The notes beneath the pieces were generated by a model, which had not been told where the DNA came from, did not search any database, and saw only the letters and a program-made list of their open reading frames with translations. Positions 47,169 to 56,479 of a DNA stretch of 64,000 nucleotides are shown in pieces. Each line of letters starts with the position of its first letter. The stretch's first letter is position 1. The position numbers and the translations under genes were made by a program. The stretch spans positions 32,001-96,000 of the forward strand of contig JAWBAI010000004.1 in the NCBI GenBank assembly GCA_038816475.1, in the 5' to 3' direction. The stretch is from Desulfurococcaceae archaeon (GTDB lineage: Archaea; Thermoproteota; Thermoprotei_A; Sulfolobales; Desulfurococcaceae).

Positions 47169-47732
47169 GTGAACTTGAAGTACAAGAGATCAAAGCTCGC
47201 TGATATATTTAACGTGCTTCACAGGTGGAAGATAAACGGAGTTGTAATAGGTGACACATCCGTTCAGCTGCACTTGAACTACCCAGAACTCGACGGAGAC
47301 ATTGATGTTTTTACACTAGATTTTAGCCCCCTATCGGAGAGGGAGAAACTAGAAGAAATTGCAGCGGAGCAAGGATGGGAGTTGACAACATCAGAAATAG
47401 GTTTACCGGCGCTAGTGGTCCCTTTGGAGGAAGGCTACGTGCTTATTGAGTTCTACGAGAACTACATGGACATAGATATACCGATGGAGCTTCTCGAGGA
47501 CTCAGTCGAGTACAGAATAGACTCAACGAGAATAAAGTCCATTAGACCGGAGTACTATCTCGTTTTAAAAGCAAGGCAAGGTACAGACCTTGACAAGCTC
47601 GAGAAATACCTAGCAGAGCTTAAACGCAGAGGCTTCAACCTGAAGCTAGTTGAATACGCAGTATCACTGTACCCACCTGAGGAGCAAGAACTTATATACG
47701 AGAGGTTGAGAAGTGTTAAGCTAGAAGTTTAG
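47169..47732 (+). CDS. Nucleotidyltransferase-fold protein (DUF2204-like)
   Basis: VVIGDTSV...DGDIDVF, YENY.D, PEYYLVLKAR. Confidence 0.75.
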   Translation: MNLKYKRSKLADIFNVLHRWKINGVVIGDTSVQLHLNYPELDGDIDVFTLDFSPLSEREKLEEIAAEQGWELTTSEIGLPALVVPLEEGYVLIEFYENYMDIDIPMELLEDSVEYRIDSTRIKSIRPEYYLVLKARQGTDLDKLEKYLAELKRRGFNLKLVEYAVSLYPPEEQELIYERLRSVKLEV

Positions 47733-47777
47733 CTTTAAAATCCCTATTACGGGTATATGAGGTAGTAGGTGCTTACT

Positions 47778-47954
47778 ATGCCAATAAACGACCCCGAGTT
47801 GCTGAAAATAGTGCATCTGCGTGTTTTGAACAAGTACGTGTGCAGAAAGTGTGGTGCATTAAACCCGCCGGGAGCAGAGAAGTGCAGAAGATGCAAGTCC
47901 AAGGGTACACTGAGGCCAAAGAAGCTGATGAAGGCAGGTCCTAAATCTAAGTAA
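47778..47954 (+). CDS. rpl40e: 50S ribosomal protein eL40
   Basis: [30 protein letters not shown]. Confidence 0.95.
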   Translation: MPINDPELLKIVHLRVLNKYVCRKCGALNPPGAEKCRRCKSKGTLRPKKLMKAGPKSK

Positions 47955-48028
47955 TTACAATGTTAACAGTTGTTAGTGGAATACCACGTGGTGTAAGGTT
48001 GTGAGCTTTTAGCTATACCGATGAACAG

Positions 48029-49129
48029 TTGGAAAAGCTAAGAGTCGACAAGCAAAAGCTTAGAGAAATAATAAGAGAGCTTTCTACTTGGAGAGCTCAT
48101 GCAACAATACTACTAAGTTTGTACATTCCACCGGGAAGACCCATAAGCGATGTTCTCGCTCTCCTAAGACAGGAGATCTCCGTAGCCGAGAACATCAAAC
48201 TCAAACGTACAAGGAACGCTGTTGAGTGGGCGCTAAACATAGCCTATGATAGGTTAAGCAAGATACCCAAAGCACCAGATAAGGGATTAGTACTGTTTGC
48301 AGGTATGAATCCCGACACAGGTGAGTCAACTGTAGTGATGCTTATACCTCCTGAGCCCGTACCCGTATTCTTCTACAGAACGGACAAGGTATTTCACGTA
48401 GAGTTCCTGGAGGAAATGGTCTCGGAGAGCAACATAATTGGTATTCTCCTGATCGAGAGAGATGCTGCAACTATAGGTCTTCTCAAGGGTAATAGATTGG
48501 AGGTTGTTGATGAACTGGAAGGATATGTTCCCGGTAAACACCACAAAGGTGGTCAAAGCCAGAGGAGATTTGACAGGATCATAGAGCAAATGGTAGAAGA
48601 ATTCTACAAGGATGTTGGCGAAAGAGCAAACCAGGTGTTTCTACCATTACTGGAGCAGGGTAAACTGAAAGCAATAATTATCGGTGGACCCGCGTATGCA
48701 AAGTACGATTTCCTACAGGGCAACTACTTGGACTATAGGTTAAAGCAAATAGTACTACCAGAGCTCATAGACGTAGCCTACCAAGGTGAAGCTGGACTAA
48801 GAGAGCTAATCATGAAAGCGGGAGATCTACTAAAAGACCAAGAGTACGCTGAATCTTTGAAGCACCTGGAAGAGTTCAAGTACCACCTGGCAAAGGATGA
48901 TGGACTTATTGTTTACGGCGAAGAGGAGGTTAAACTAGCATTACAGCAGGGATTATTAAAAGTTTTACTTGTAAGCGATTCACGAAACGATGTTACATCA
49001 TGGCTTGAAGAAGCTTCATCAAAGAACGTGAAGGTTGTTGTAATAAGCAAGGATCTTCCAGAGGGTGAGTGGTTTTCCAGAACATTCGGTGGAATAGCTG
49101 GTATTTTAAGGTTTCGAACGTACGAGTAG
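48029..49129 (+). CDS. prf1: Peptide chain release factor aRF1
   Basis: SLYIPPGR, NIKL, FYRTDK.FH, PGKHHKGGQSQRRF, FGGIAGILRF. Confidence 0.98.
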   Translation: MEKLRVDKQKLREIIRELSTWRAHATILLSLYIPPGRPISDVLALLRQEISVAENIKLKRTRNAVEWALNIAYDRLSKIPKAPDKGLVLFAGMNPDTGESTVVMLIPPEPVPVFFYRTDKVFHVEFLEEMVSESNIIGILLIERDAATIGLLKGNRLEVVDELEGYVPGKHHKGGQSQRRFDRIIEQMVEEFYKDVGERANQVFLPLLEQGKLKAIIIGGPAYAKYDFLQGNYLDYRLKQIVLPELIDVAYQGEAGLRELIMKAGDLLKDQEYAESLKHLEEFKYHLAKDDGLIVYGEEEVKLALQQGLLKVLLVSDSRNDVTSWLEEASSKNVKVVVISKDLPEGEWFSRTFGGIAGILRFRTYE

Positions 49130-49163
49130 CAGAGCTCGAGATCTCACGGATTCAAAAAGGAAT

Positions 49164-49192
49164 AGTTTCATCAAGCTCTCCTTGACTTAACC
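49164..49192 (+). promoter_or_regulatory. Promoter with ANTTTC element, near-identical to the ced promoter
   Basis: AGTTTC (49164-69), atcaagCTCTCCTtgac, TTAA; hexamer is 53-48 nt before ATG 49217. Confidence 0.65.
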
Positions 49193-49216
49193 TATACCAT
49201 CTTTAAACGGGGTTCC

Positions 49217-50383
49217 ATGAAGGGAGTAGAATCTATAGTAGGAGCTTACTTAGCTGTTATAATAGTCATAGGAATAATGTTCGCATTTCACACGTGGATA
49301 TCCTCTTACACTAAGAGTATCAATGATCAAGTAAACAACGTTATCAGCGCTGTTCAGGTTGTTTCATACCCTCCGGTTATATCGATAAAGTACGCTAATG
49401 AAACTCACTTTGTACTAGCAGTAACACCCTATGCACCTATTAGAATAAAGGATCTTGTACTAAGATCGCCTGATAACGAGCTTGTGTTTCACCTTGCACT
49501 AAATGAGCTTGTACTTTCCACAACGGAGTTTCCTGTTGAAAGACCAAGTAAGCCTGTTCTTGTATACTTCGTTACGGAGGGCGGCCTCGTGTTCTACTAC
49601 GTTCCACGCTTGGATCCAGGCTTGCAGAACGCTCCTGACAATATCAAGAACAAGGTGTACGTTGATAACGAGCTTCTCGACTATGTAGCCAAAGGGTTAA
49701 TAGATAGCGGTAGCTGGGTTCTCATGGAGGCGCAAGGCTACAAGCTAGCCTGGGGTTCTACGAGGCTTGATCTGGTAAACAGTACTCTTCTCCGTGGACC
49801 AGTGGTATGTAGCCTAGTTGTCCATATACCCTGTAATGTTAACATGACATCCTTAGAGAACTCTGTGTTAACGAACTGGTTTAATAGTACTAGCAGCATA
49901 CCCGGGTTCAGGCATAGCGGTGGTTTCTTGGAATTTGTTCATTACTCAGGAAATTACACGCAAATTTACAGGATGATTAAGTTTACCGGAGGAGACGAGA
50001 TTACGTTTATAGTCAATATCACTCTACGTGCAGTAGGTGCATACACGGGTGTAAGCCACGCGGTGTACTTCATTCCAGTAGTCTATCTCTACGATGCTGG
50101 GTTTAACCCTGTATTCCCAGTAACTCTCTACCAGCTTAGAATATACTACAACACGGAACTACCGGGTGAAGCGATGAGACCATGGCATGCCAGGATTCCA
50201 TTGACGGATAACATCTTGTTCTGGAACAGCACAAGCTACTACGTAGGCGTATTCGAAGTAAAGTTGAATCCGCGAGATTACGGACTTAACGAAGGGTACG
50301 TACTCGTCGGTGTTGAAGCTGTCGTAGTCATAGGAATAGAGAGTTTCAACCTCAGAGTATTAATAGACGTAAAAGCTCGATGA
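49217..50383 (+). CDS. Large (minor/adhesin-type) archaeal pilin, 388 aa
   Basis: MKG|VESIVGAYLAVIIVIGIMFAF class III signal peptide; beta-rich C-terminal region with 7 N-x-S/T sequons. Confidence 0.78.
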   Translation: MKGVESIVGAYLAVIIVIGIMFAFHTWISSYTKSINDQVNNVISAVQVVSYPPVISIKYANETHFVLAVTPYAPIRIKDLVLRSPDNELVFHLALNELVLSTTEFPVERPSKPVLVYFVTEGGLVFYYVPRLDPGLQNAPDNIKNKVYVDNELLDYVAKGLIDSGSWVLMEAQGYKLAWGSTRLDLVNSTLLRGPVVCSLVVHIPCNVNMTSLENSVLTNWFNSTSSIPGFRHSGGFLEFVHYSGNYTQIYRMIKFTGGDEITFIVNITLRAVGAYTGVSHAVYFIPVVYLYDAGFNPVFPVTLYQLRIYYNTELPGEAMRPWHARIPLTDNILFWNSTSYYVGVFEVKLNPRDYGLNEGYVLVGVEAVVVIGIESFNLRVLIDVKAR

Positions 50384-50548
50384 TGTTTTAATTGTACTAC
50401 AAAGGGAACCATTCGAGTAGGATAAACTGGGAAGAATGAAGTCGAAAGCACACAGTTCACTTCGCTTGTGTACAGAGTTCGTGGCTAGTTGTAAATGATA
50501 AAATAATGCTGATCCATCCGTAGAACTACAGGATGAGATGATATGACT

Positions 50549-51544
50549 CTACCCCGTGATCATTGCCAGAACAGCTGCCAACGTGGCTGGGAGTAAGCTG
50601 TACTTGAATAACTGAATAAGTGCTTGCTCTATTCTGTAACGCCCCATGATGTTCTTTATCAACACTACTAGCATTAATAAAGCTACGTACTTGATAACCA
50701 GTAGTATAGCACCATGTGGAGACATGTGCGCAAACGGTAAAGGACCGCCGAGCAGAACGTAAACTCCGATGATAAGGGATATTGTCAAATCCACGTCATG
50801 CAGTAATCTTGCTAGTGCTAGTAGTGGACCTGAGAACTCTGTTTCAAAGCCAGCTATTATCTCTTGTTCCGCCTCGGGGATGTTGAACGGTGGGTACATA
50901 GCTTTAGCTTGAACACTTACAATAAACGAGATCAAGCATAAAACCATTACAACAGCTGTTCTGGGATCAGCCCACAGCTCGTAGACCCTTGTATAGGCTT
51001 CACCAATACTCATGAAGCCACCTGGATCTACTCCGTAGCGAGTTGCCAGGTAAACTGGTATAACAATACTTGCGAAGTAAGCTGGTTCAGCTATGGTTGC
51101 TATTGACAGAAGTCTCGATACTCCAATAGTGGTGTAAGGTCCTGGCATAGATAGAGATGCGAGTATGAGCGCGAGTAATGGTATAACACTCGTCATGTAG
51201 AAGAATAATAGAACATCAAAGCTCGAACTTATGCTGAAGGGACTTAGAGGTAAGAAAATGACAGCTCCGAGGGCGAACGATAATCCTACGATCAACGAGA
51301 TCTCGGCTGCTTTTACAAGCGAGAACCGCGTTTTAACCAGCTCCTTGTACCTTAAAAGCTTCCAGAAGTCGAAGAATGGCTGAAGAACGCCAAATGGACC
51401 TACGTAGCTAGGCCCCATTCTTCTCTGGTACTTTGCACTTAGTTTTCTAACGAGGTATTGTGTGAAAAAGGCTAGTGAAACCAGGAATATTAAACCTGGG
51501 AATACGAGAACGCTGAGCAAAGCGTAAAGAACAATCTGGTACAC
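50549..51544 (-). CDS. mbhM: Membrane-bound hydrogenase subunit MbhM (NuoH family)
   Basis: RKLSAKYQRRMGP, LQPFFDFWKL, PFNIPEAEQEIIAG..TEFSG; start set at GTG 51544 behind GGGGTGA (track start 51613 overlaps the upstream gene). Confidence 0.9.
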   Translation of the reverse strand: MYQIVLYALLSVLVFPGLIFLVSLAFFTQYLVRKLSAKYQRRMGPSYVGPFGVLQPFFDFWKLLRYKELVKTRFSLVKAAEISLIVGLSFALGAVIFLPLSPFSISSSFDVLLFFYMTSVIPLLALILASLSMPGPYTTIGVSRLLSIATIAEPAYFASIVIPVYLATRYGVDPGGFMSIGEAYTRVYELWADPRTAVVMVLCLISFIVSVQAKAMYPPFNIPEAEQEIIAGFETEFSGPLLALARLLHDVDLTISLIIGVYVLLGGPLPFAHMSPHGAILLVIKYVALLMLVVLIKNIMGRYRIEQALIQLFKYSLLPATLAAVLAMITG

Positions 51545-51549
51545 TTTGA

Positions 51550-51903
51550 TCACCCCACAAGCATGTACACAGTGTAGATTAGTATTAAGAGGACCAGGAG
51601 GAGTCCAAGCCAAGAAGATATAAACCTGAACCAGTCGTGCAGACTACCTGTGTGAACGCTCTCTACAAGAACCTTGTATAGTGATCTCGCAAACCTTTTC
51701 ATGAACCCCCAGTACAATGCACCAACGCTAGGCACAGGCATTGAGACCACTTCCTCGGGTTCACCGGACAAGTACATAGTGGTTTCGCGGACTCTTTTAG
51801 ACTTCAGCAAGTAGTAAAGTACGTACATGAAGATAGCTAGAAAAGCTACCAGGGAGGTTGAGATGAACACTGCTGTGAACGGGTCCACCCTCATGGTAAC
51901 CAT
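51550..51903 (-). CDS. mbhI: Membrane-bound hydrogenase subunit MbhI
   Basis: TM, YLSGE, LYWGF, HTG.L.DW, TM. Confidence 0.8.
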   Translation of the reverse strand: MVTMRVDPFTAVFISTSLVAFLAIFMYVLYYLLKSKRVRETTMYLSGEPEEVVSMPVPSVGALYWGFMKRFARSLYKVLVESVHTGSLHDWFRFISSWLGLLLVLLILIYTVYMLVG

Positions 51904-53495
51904 CCTTCGAAGTTCTTGGGTATTTTCTCATGTACAGCGGACACGTAAGTATTTACATTTTCCACTAGGCTAATTGAAGCCTCCTCGAATACCGGCGCTA
52001 ACCACGAGAACACTACTCCCATGACTACAAGCGATATTGCCATCCCCAGTAGTACAAGTTCCACCCAGATGCATTTCTCGACTCTTTCCCTGTGTTCACC
52101 AACGCCGAATACTACTGACGATACAACCTTCATGTACCCAGGTACGGATAGTGCCGATATCGCGATGATTAGTACTGGTCCTAGAACAAAGCCTGCATTA
52201 AGGTACCCTAGTGATATTAATAGCTTGGAGTAGAATCCCGCTAAAGGTAACAATCCAGCAAGGCTCATGAAACCAACGATCATGGATATTGATGTAATCG
52301 GATAGAAGCGTCCAACACCACGCATTGCGTCAAGGTCTCTGGAGCCCGAAGCATCTATAAATATGCCACTAGCCATGAAGAGCAGAGCTTTTGCTATACC
52401 GTGGGAAACTATGTGAACTAGTGCACCCATAACAGCAACTTTGGCTGCTTCAGAGAAGTCCGCGAGAAAACCGATAGCTATGCCCATAAACGCCACCCCC
52501 ATATGACTAATCGTGCTGTAAGCTAGAAGCCTCTTTATATCTCTCTGTAGCATCATCATTAGAGCACCTAGTAACCCGCTTGAAGCACCAAGTACGAAGA
52601 GCGCTAGTAGAACAGCTTCTCGATAACCAGCTGCGATGCTATTTGCTGAGAAGAGCGTGTAGAGGAACCTTGCAGTAGCGTACACACCAACATTCACAAC
52701 AAGACCTGAAAGTGCTGCAGATACAGGTGTAGGAGCTTCAGGGTGCGCGTCCGGTAACCAGAAGTGGTTTGGAAACACTGCTGCCTTGTACGTGAAAACC
52801 CAGAGAGAAAGAGCTATCGCCATTAAACTAATGTACCTCAACTCCGCTAGAACTCTTGTTCTCGACAAGCTGGAAAGTAGTGCCATGTTGACTGTTCCAA
52901 AGCCAGCATAGAGTAAGACTACGGCCATGAAGTACATCGTCGTAGCAACAGCACCTATGAGAGCATACTTAGCAGCGGCTTCAACAGCCTCAGCTTTATC
53001 CCTATGATACGCAACTAGTCCGTATGCTGATAAGCCGAGTACTTCGATCATCACGAACAGGTTGAAAGCGTCTCCCGTGTAGAGGCAACCGAGTATACCT
53101 ACTTCGAGACCTATTAACAGCGTGTAATACCAGGACGTATCATCGAGGTGTCTACTGTACCAGTGCGAGTACAGAACTATAGGTATCATAACCCATGCTG
53201 TGAGAGCTCCTATAACAGCGTTGAAGGAGTCCACCTCGTAGACTATGCCGAAGTGTGGCGGCCATCCACCGTACATGTAAACGAGAGGTTTCTTGCTCGT
53301 TAAAACATAGTATAGAACTACCGAGGAAGCAAATGCAGCATAAGAACTACCCATCAGAGCAGCGATGAACGGGACTACTCTGTTGTTCTTCGCAAGCTTC
53401 GATAACAGGGGAACCATGAAAGCTGTTAATGCTAGCAAAGGAGTTAATGACCCCAGCGCGTTCAAAGCCAGTCTTTCGATCTCCATGAACATCAC
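51891..53495 (-). CDS. mbhH: Mbh antiporter subunit MbhH (MrpD/NuoL-M-N family)
   Basis: GGWPPHFGI, GDAFNLFVMIE, WLPDAHPEAP, DIKRLLAYSTISH, HGIAKALLF. Confidence 0.92.
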   Translation of the reverse strand: MMFMEIERLALNALGSLTPLLALTAFMVPLLSKLAKNNRVVPFIAALMGSSYAAFASSVVLYYVLTSKKPLVYMYGGWPPHFGIVYEVDSFNAVIGALTAWVMIPIVLYSHWYSRHLDDTSWYYTLLIGLEVGILGCLYTGDAFNLFVMIEVLGLSAYGLVAYHRDKAEAVEAAAKYALIGAVATTMYFMAVVLLYAGFGTVNMALLSSLSRTRVLAELRYISLMAIALSLWVFTYKAAVFPNHFWLPDAHPEAPTPVSAALSGLVVNVGVYATARFLYTLFSANSIAAGYREAVLLALFVLGASSGLLGALMMMLQRDIKRLLAYSTISHMGVAFMGIAIGFLADFSEAAKVAVMGALVHIVSHGIAKALLFMASGIFIDASGSRDLDAMRGVGRFYPITSISMIVGFMSLAGLLPLAGFYSKLLISLGYLNAGFVLGPVLIIAISALSVPGYMKVVSSVVFGVGEHRERVEKCIWVELVLLGMAISLVVMGVVFSWLAPVFEEASISLVENVNTYVSAVHEKIPKNFEGWLP

Positions 53496-53498
53496 CCC

Positions 53499-54011
53499 CT
53501 AATCAAAGATCCTCTTAGCGTACTTTTCGAAGTCTTCAAAAACACGTTTTTTCACATCAAGGGGATCCAGGGTTTTAGCGTCAATCCAATGGATGTAGAA
53601 AACTCTACGCTTTTCATCTACGTCAACTACGACTGTACCAGGTGTATTCGTTATGCTGTTAGCTATGGTAGTTAAAGCATAGTCTGTTTCTACATCGAAA
53701 GGAGCCATTACTACTGCGGGGTTAACAGGGGTTTTGGGGTGGAGTATTCTGCTTATAACGTCCAAGTGTGCAAGAGTCTCGTAGTACACGAAGTACTTGA
53801 TCGCGTAGAGAACTAGGTACCCCCATCTAGCTGGGTTAACGAGTTTAACTGGGTTTTTAACCGTTATCCCGGAGAATAGCGCACCCACGATCAAGGCGAC
53901 TATTGCACCCGTAGCTAGATCGTAGGGCGAAATACTACCGGTGTACACGATGTAGATAGCAAATGATAACAAAGCAACAGCGAGAACACTACCGACTCTT
54001 CTCATCATCAA
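53499..54011 (-). CDS. mbhA: Mbh subunit MbhA (MnhE/MrpE)
   Basis: VNPAVV, ANSITNTPGT, YIHWID. Confidence 0.9.
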   Translation of the reverse strand: MMMRRVGSVLAVALLSFAIYIVYTGSISPYDLATGAIVALIVGALFSGITVKNPVKLVNPARWGYLVLYAIKYFVYYETLAHLDVISRILHPKTPVNPAVVMAPFDVETDYALTTIANSITNTPGTVVVDVDEKRRVFYIHWIDAKTLDPLDVKKRVFEDFEKYAKRIFD

Positions 54012-54406
54012 CCCCTTAACCTCTTGATTTCTCTCATATCCAAAGTACCGTAGTGTACGTAGAGAACGTAACCGAGGAATACGAGAAAGAGCGTTACAGC
54101 TAGACCTATGACTATAGCGGTAAGGACTAGTGCTTGCGGCAGTGGGTCAACACCTCTCATCGTGAGCTTTTCCAGAGCCTCCTTCTCATATTCTAGTAGT
54201 ACAGGTGGTACTGAAGGGCCTAACTCAGTCCAACGTCGATATCCAAGGTAAATAGCAAACGTGTTCGCGGTATCTGAAAGTATTGTTAATGCTATTATTT
54301 TCTTTGTATAGTGAGGCTTAAAGAATAGACCGTAAAGCGCGATAGCAGTGTTCACGAACAACGATGCTGCAACGACCGATAGTAGGTACGTGTTGATAAG
54401 TTCCAC
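54008..54406 (-). CDS. mbhG: Mbh subunit MbhG (MnhC/MrpC)
   Basis: KKIIAL, VDPLPQALVLTAIVIG, GTLD....LRG. Confidence 0.92.
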   Translation of the reverse strand: MELINTYLLSVVAASLFVNTAIALYGLFFKPHYTKKIIALTILSDTANTFAIYLGYRRWTELGPSVPPVLLEYEKEALEKLTMRGVDPLPQALVLTAIVIGLAVTLFLVFLGYVLYVHYGTLDMREIKRLRG

Positions 54407-54408
54407 GG

Positions 54409-55191
54409 TTACCCACCTCTTGCACTATACCTGGATAGAGTAATTGTTATAAATGCCATCGAGAAACCAGCAGCTACGGCTATCATTTCAAACAAATTAA
54501 AGAACCAAACCGTGCCACTAAGTTCACGCGGCATACTAAGTGGTGCATCCGGTTTAGCAATGTTCTGGAATACGTACGCATGCTGACCCACTACTAAACT
54601 TGCCATGAATAATGCTACAGCGGTTAGTCCTATGCCGGTGAGTCCTAGTGTTCTGAGAGTTAACACTTTACCCGTTGTAATACCTCGTTCAACGAGAAAA
54701 GTGATCGAGAATATTACTATGAATAGCATCGGCACAACGGCGATCACCGAGCCTCCCTGAAAACCGCCACCTGGCGTCAGATGGCCGTGAAGCCCTATGG
54801 ATGCACCAACGGCTAAGATCATTGGTACGGTTATTTTTGTCACCGTTTTAACAATAACGGAGAGCCCAACGCCTTTCACACTCATTCTTTCACTAAAAGT
54901 ACCTCTGCAGAGGGCTGTACCTGCTATTAATGCTAGGTAAAATACCATTGTTTCAAATAGAGTATCAAGACCTCTGAAATCCCACACTATTGCTGAGACG
55001 ACAGCAGGAGTCATAGCGGTGTAGTTGCCTAGGTGGAACGGATTATAAGCAGCGTAAAGGTAGAACTCTGCGAGCTTTCTAATTTGTGCTTGTGGTATAA
55101 TATAGTCAAACGCTAGTGCTAGTAGTAATGCTAGCGAGAGGACTACTACAATAGGTACGAATAACTCTACTACCTTCAATTCTTCTCCCAC
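54409..55191 (-). CDS. Fused MbhE+MbhF (MnhB/MrpB family)
   Basis: VSAIVWDFRGLDTLFE (MbhE motif) and GHLTPGGGFQGG (MbhF motif) in one ORF. Confidence 0.88.
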   Translation of the reverse strand: MGEELKVVELFVPIVVVLSLALLLALAFDYIIPQAQIRKLAEFYLYAAYNPFHLGNYTAMTPAVVSAIVWDFRGLDTLFETMVFYLALIAGTALCRGTFSERMSVKGVGLSVIVKTVTKITVPMILAVGASIGLHGHLTPGGGFQGGSVIAVVPMLFIVIFSITFLVERGITTGKVLTLRTLGLTGIGLTAVALFMASLVVGQHAYVFQNIAKPDAPLSMPRELSGTVWFFNLFEMIAVAAGFSMAFITITLSRYSARGG

Positions 55192-55454
55192 CTCTCAGTT
55201 TTGCTCACAAGTACTAGTAGAACAGCGGGAACAAGCCCTACAGCAACGGGTATATACACTAATGCTATATCCGGTGCCAACAGAAAGTAGTAGAGTATAG
55301 CGTAGAAACCACTCTGAAGAGCACTATACACTATGGCTTTAACTAGGTCCTTTTCCTTGATAGCCATGTAAACAGCGATCACAGAGAGCAAGCTTAGAAG
55401 AGCCATCGCGAGATACGTGAAGGTTTCACCCGGTAGCACTGATCTCACCCGCAT
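55176..55454 (-). CDS. mbhD: Mbh subunit MbhD (DUF4040)
   Basis: KDL..A, LLAPDIAL....VG, KTER. Confidence 0.85.
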   Translation of the reverse strand: MRVRSVLPGETFTYLAMALLSLLSVIAVYMAIKEKDLVKAIVYSALQSGFYAILYYFLLAPDIALVYIPVAVGLVPAVLLVLVSKTERWEKN

Positions 55455-55819
55455 AACTCCGGGTTAAGTAAGTCCGCTCTGCATGGTTGAACCCGTGCAA
55501 CCCTTGCTCTGTGAACAGCTCTAGCTAGAGCGTGAGAACCAGCGGGTGCAAGGATGAATATAACTATAGCTATTGTAAAGCTAGCACCAGCAACAAACCA
55601 CCTATGAGCTCCAAGCTCTTCTAGTGTAACAGAAATCAGGCTAGCACCTATCAGCGGGTAGACCGAGCCCCATATAGTACCAACAGTTGCAGCATGTAGT
55701 CTTAAGTAGAAGTTTTTAAACCTGTGAAAGCCTATCGCTGATACTAAGCTTGCAAATGCCCCAAGGACGAGCAAAGCAGAACCGAGAATCCTTAACACCA
55801 GTATAAGGACTTCAACCAC
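55445..55819 (-). CDS. mbhC: Mbh subunit MbhC (MnhG/MrpG)
   Basis: RFKNFYLRLHAATV, P.GSHALARA. Confidence 0.9.
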   Translation of the reverse strand: MVEVLILVLRILGSALLVLGAFASLVSAIGFHRFKNFYLRLHAATVGTIWGSVYPLIGASLISVTLEELGAHRWFVAGASFTIAIVIFILAPAGSHALARAVHRARVARVQPCRADLLNPELCG

Positions 55820-56081
55820 CTAGATCGCCTCTTTCAAGATACTTTGCAATGTATACGTCTAGAGCATAAACCCACAGGGCAAGCGGTAATGCTACCACGG
55901 TTAAAATAGGCTCTTTCAGGTAAATTGAGACTAAAACGAACAGAACAACCGTAATATACGCTATGACGTCGATCGCGAGCACCTGGTCGCCGATAGTTGG
56001 ACCCTTGATAGCTCTTGCAGATAGAAGTGTGATCGAGATAACGTATACGACTAGAATAGCCATGATAAGCTCGTATATCAT
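55812..56081 (-). CDS. mbhB: Mbh subunit MbhB (MnhF/MrpF)
   Basis: RAIKGPT..D..LAID, AKYLE. Confidence 0.9.
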   Translation of the reverse strand: MIYELIMAILVVYVISITLLSARAIKGPTIGDQVLAIDVIAYITVVLFVLVSIYLKEPILTVVALPLALWVYALDVYIAKYLERGDLGG

Positions 56082-56479
56082 TAGTCCTTCACTCTCTTAA
56101 GAGTGCTTAGTGAAAGATCTGTCGAGTATGGAATGCTCGTACCAGCTATTTCAAAGGTATTAGTTGTTATGTAAGCGTTGAACGGGCACACTTTAACGCA
56201 CCTGTAGCAGAATACGCATTTACCATAGTCTATTAATGGGTAGATCCTGCGAGCATTTATCCTTGGAACTTCGTAGTCCTGTGGTATGGGAGTCATTTTG
56301 ATAGCATCAGCCGGACACTCTATTGCGCAGAGAGAGCAGCCAGTACACTTGGTTAAATCAGCGTACTGAACTCCGCGGGAATCCAGCTCCACCGGTGTTT
56401 TCTCACGTGGATACTGAATAGTGGCTGGTTTACTGAGGAGGTTTCTCAAGCTTAATTCAAGTAGCTTAGGCCTTCTCAC
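56081..56479 (-). CDS. mbhN: Mbh 2x[4Fe-4S] subunit MbhN (NuoI family)
   Basis: T..YP, CTGCSLCAIECP, CVFCYRCVKVCP. Confidence 0.92.
   Translation of the reverse strand: MRRPKLLELSLRNLLSKPATIQYPREKTPVELDSRGVQYADLTKCTGCSLCAIECPADAIKMTPIPQDYEVPRINARRIYPLIDYGKCVFCYRCVKVCPFNAYITTNTFEIAGTSIPYSTDLSLSTLKRVKD

Noticed and set aside
47169-47732. MNT-HEPN toxin-antitoxin pair
   Set aside because: No HEPN partner is adjacent; the neighbours are nfi and rpl40e.
50384-50548. Possible fourth C/D sRNA (ATGATAA...CTGA)
   Set aside because: Box spacing and order are not canonical and there is no convincing guide.
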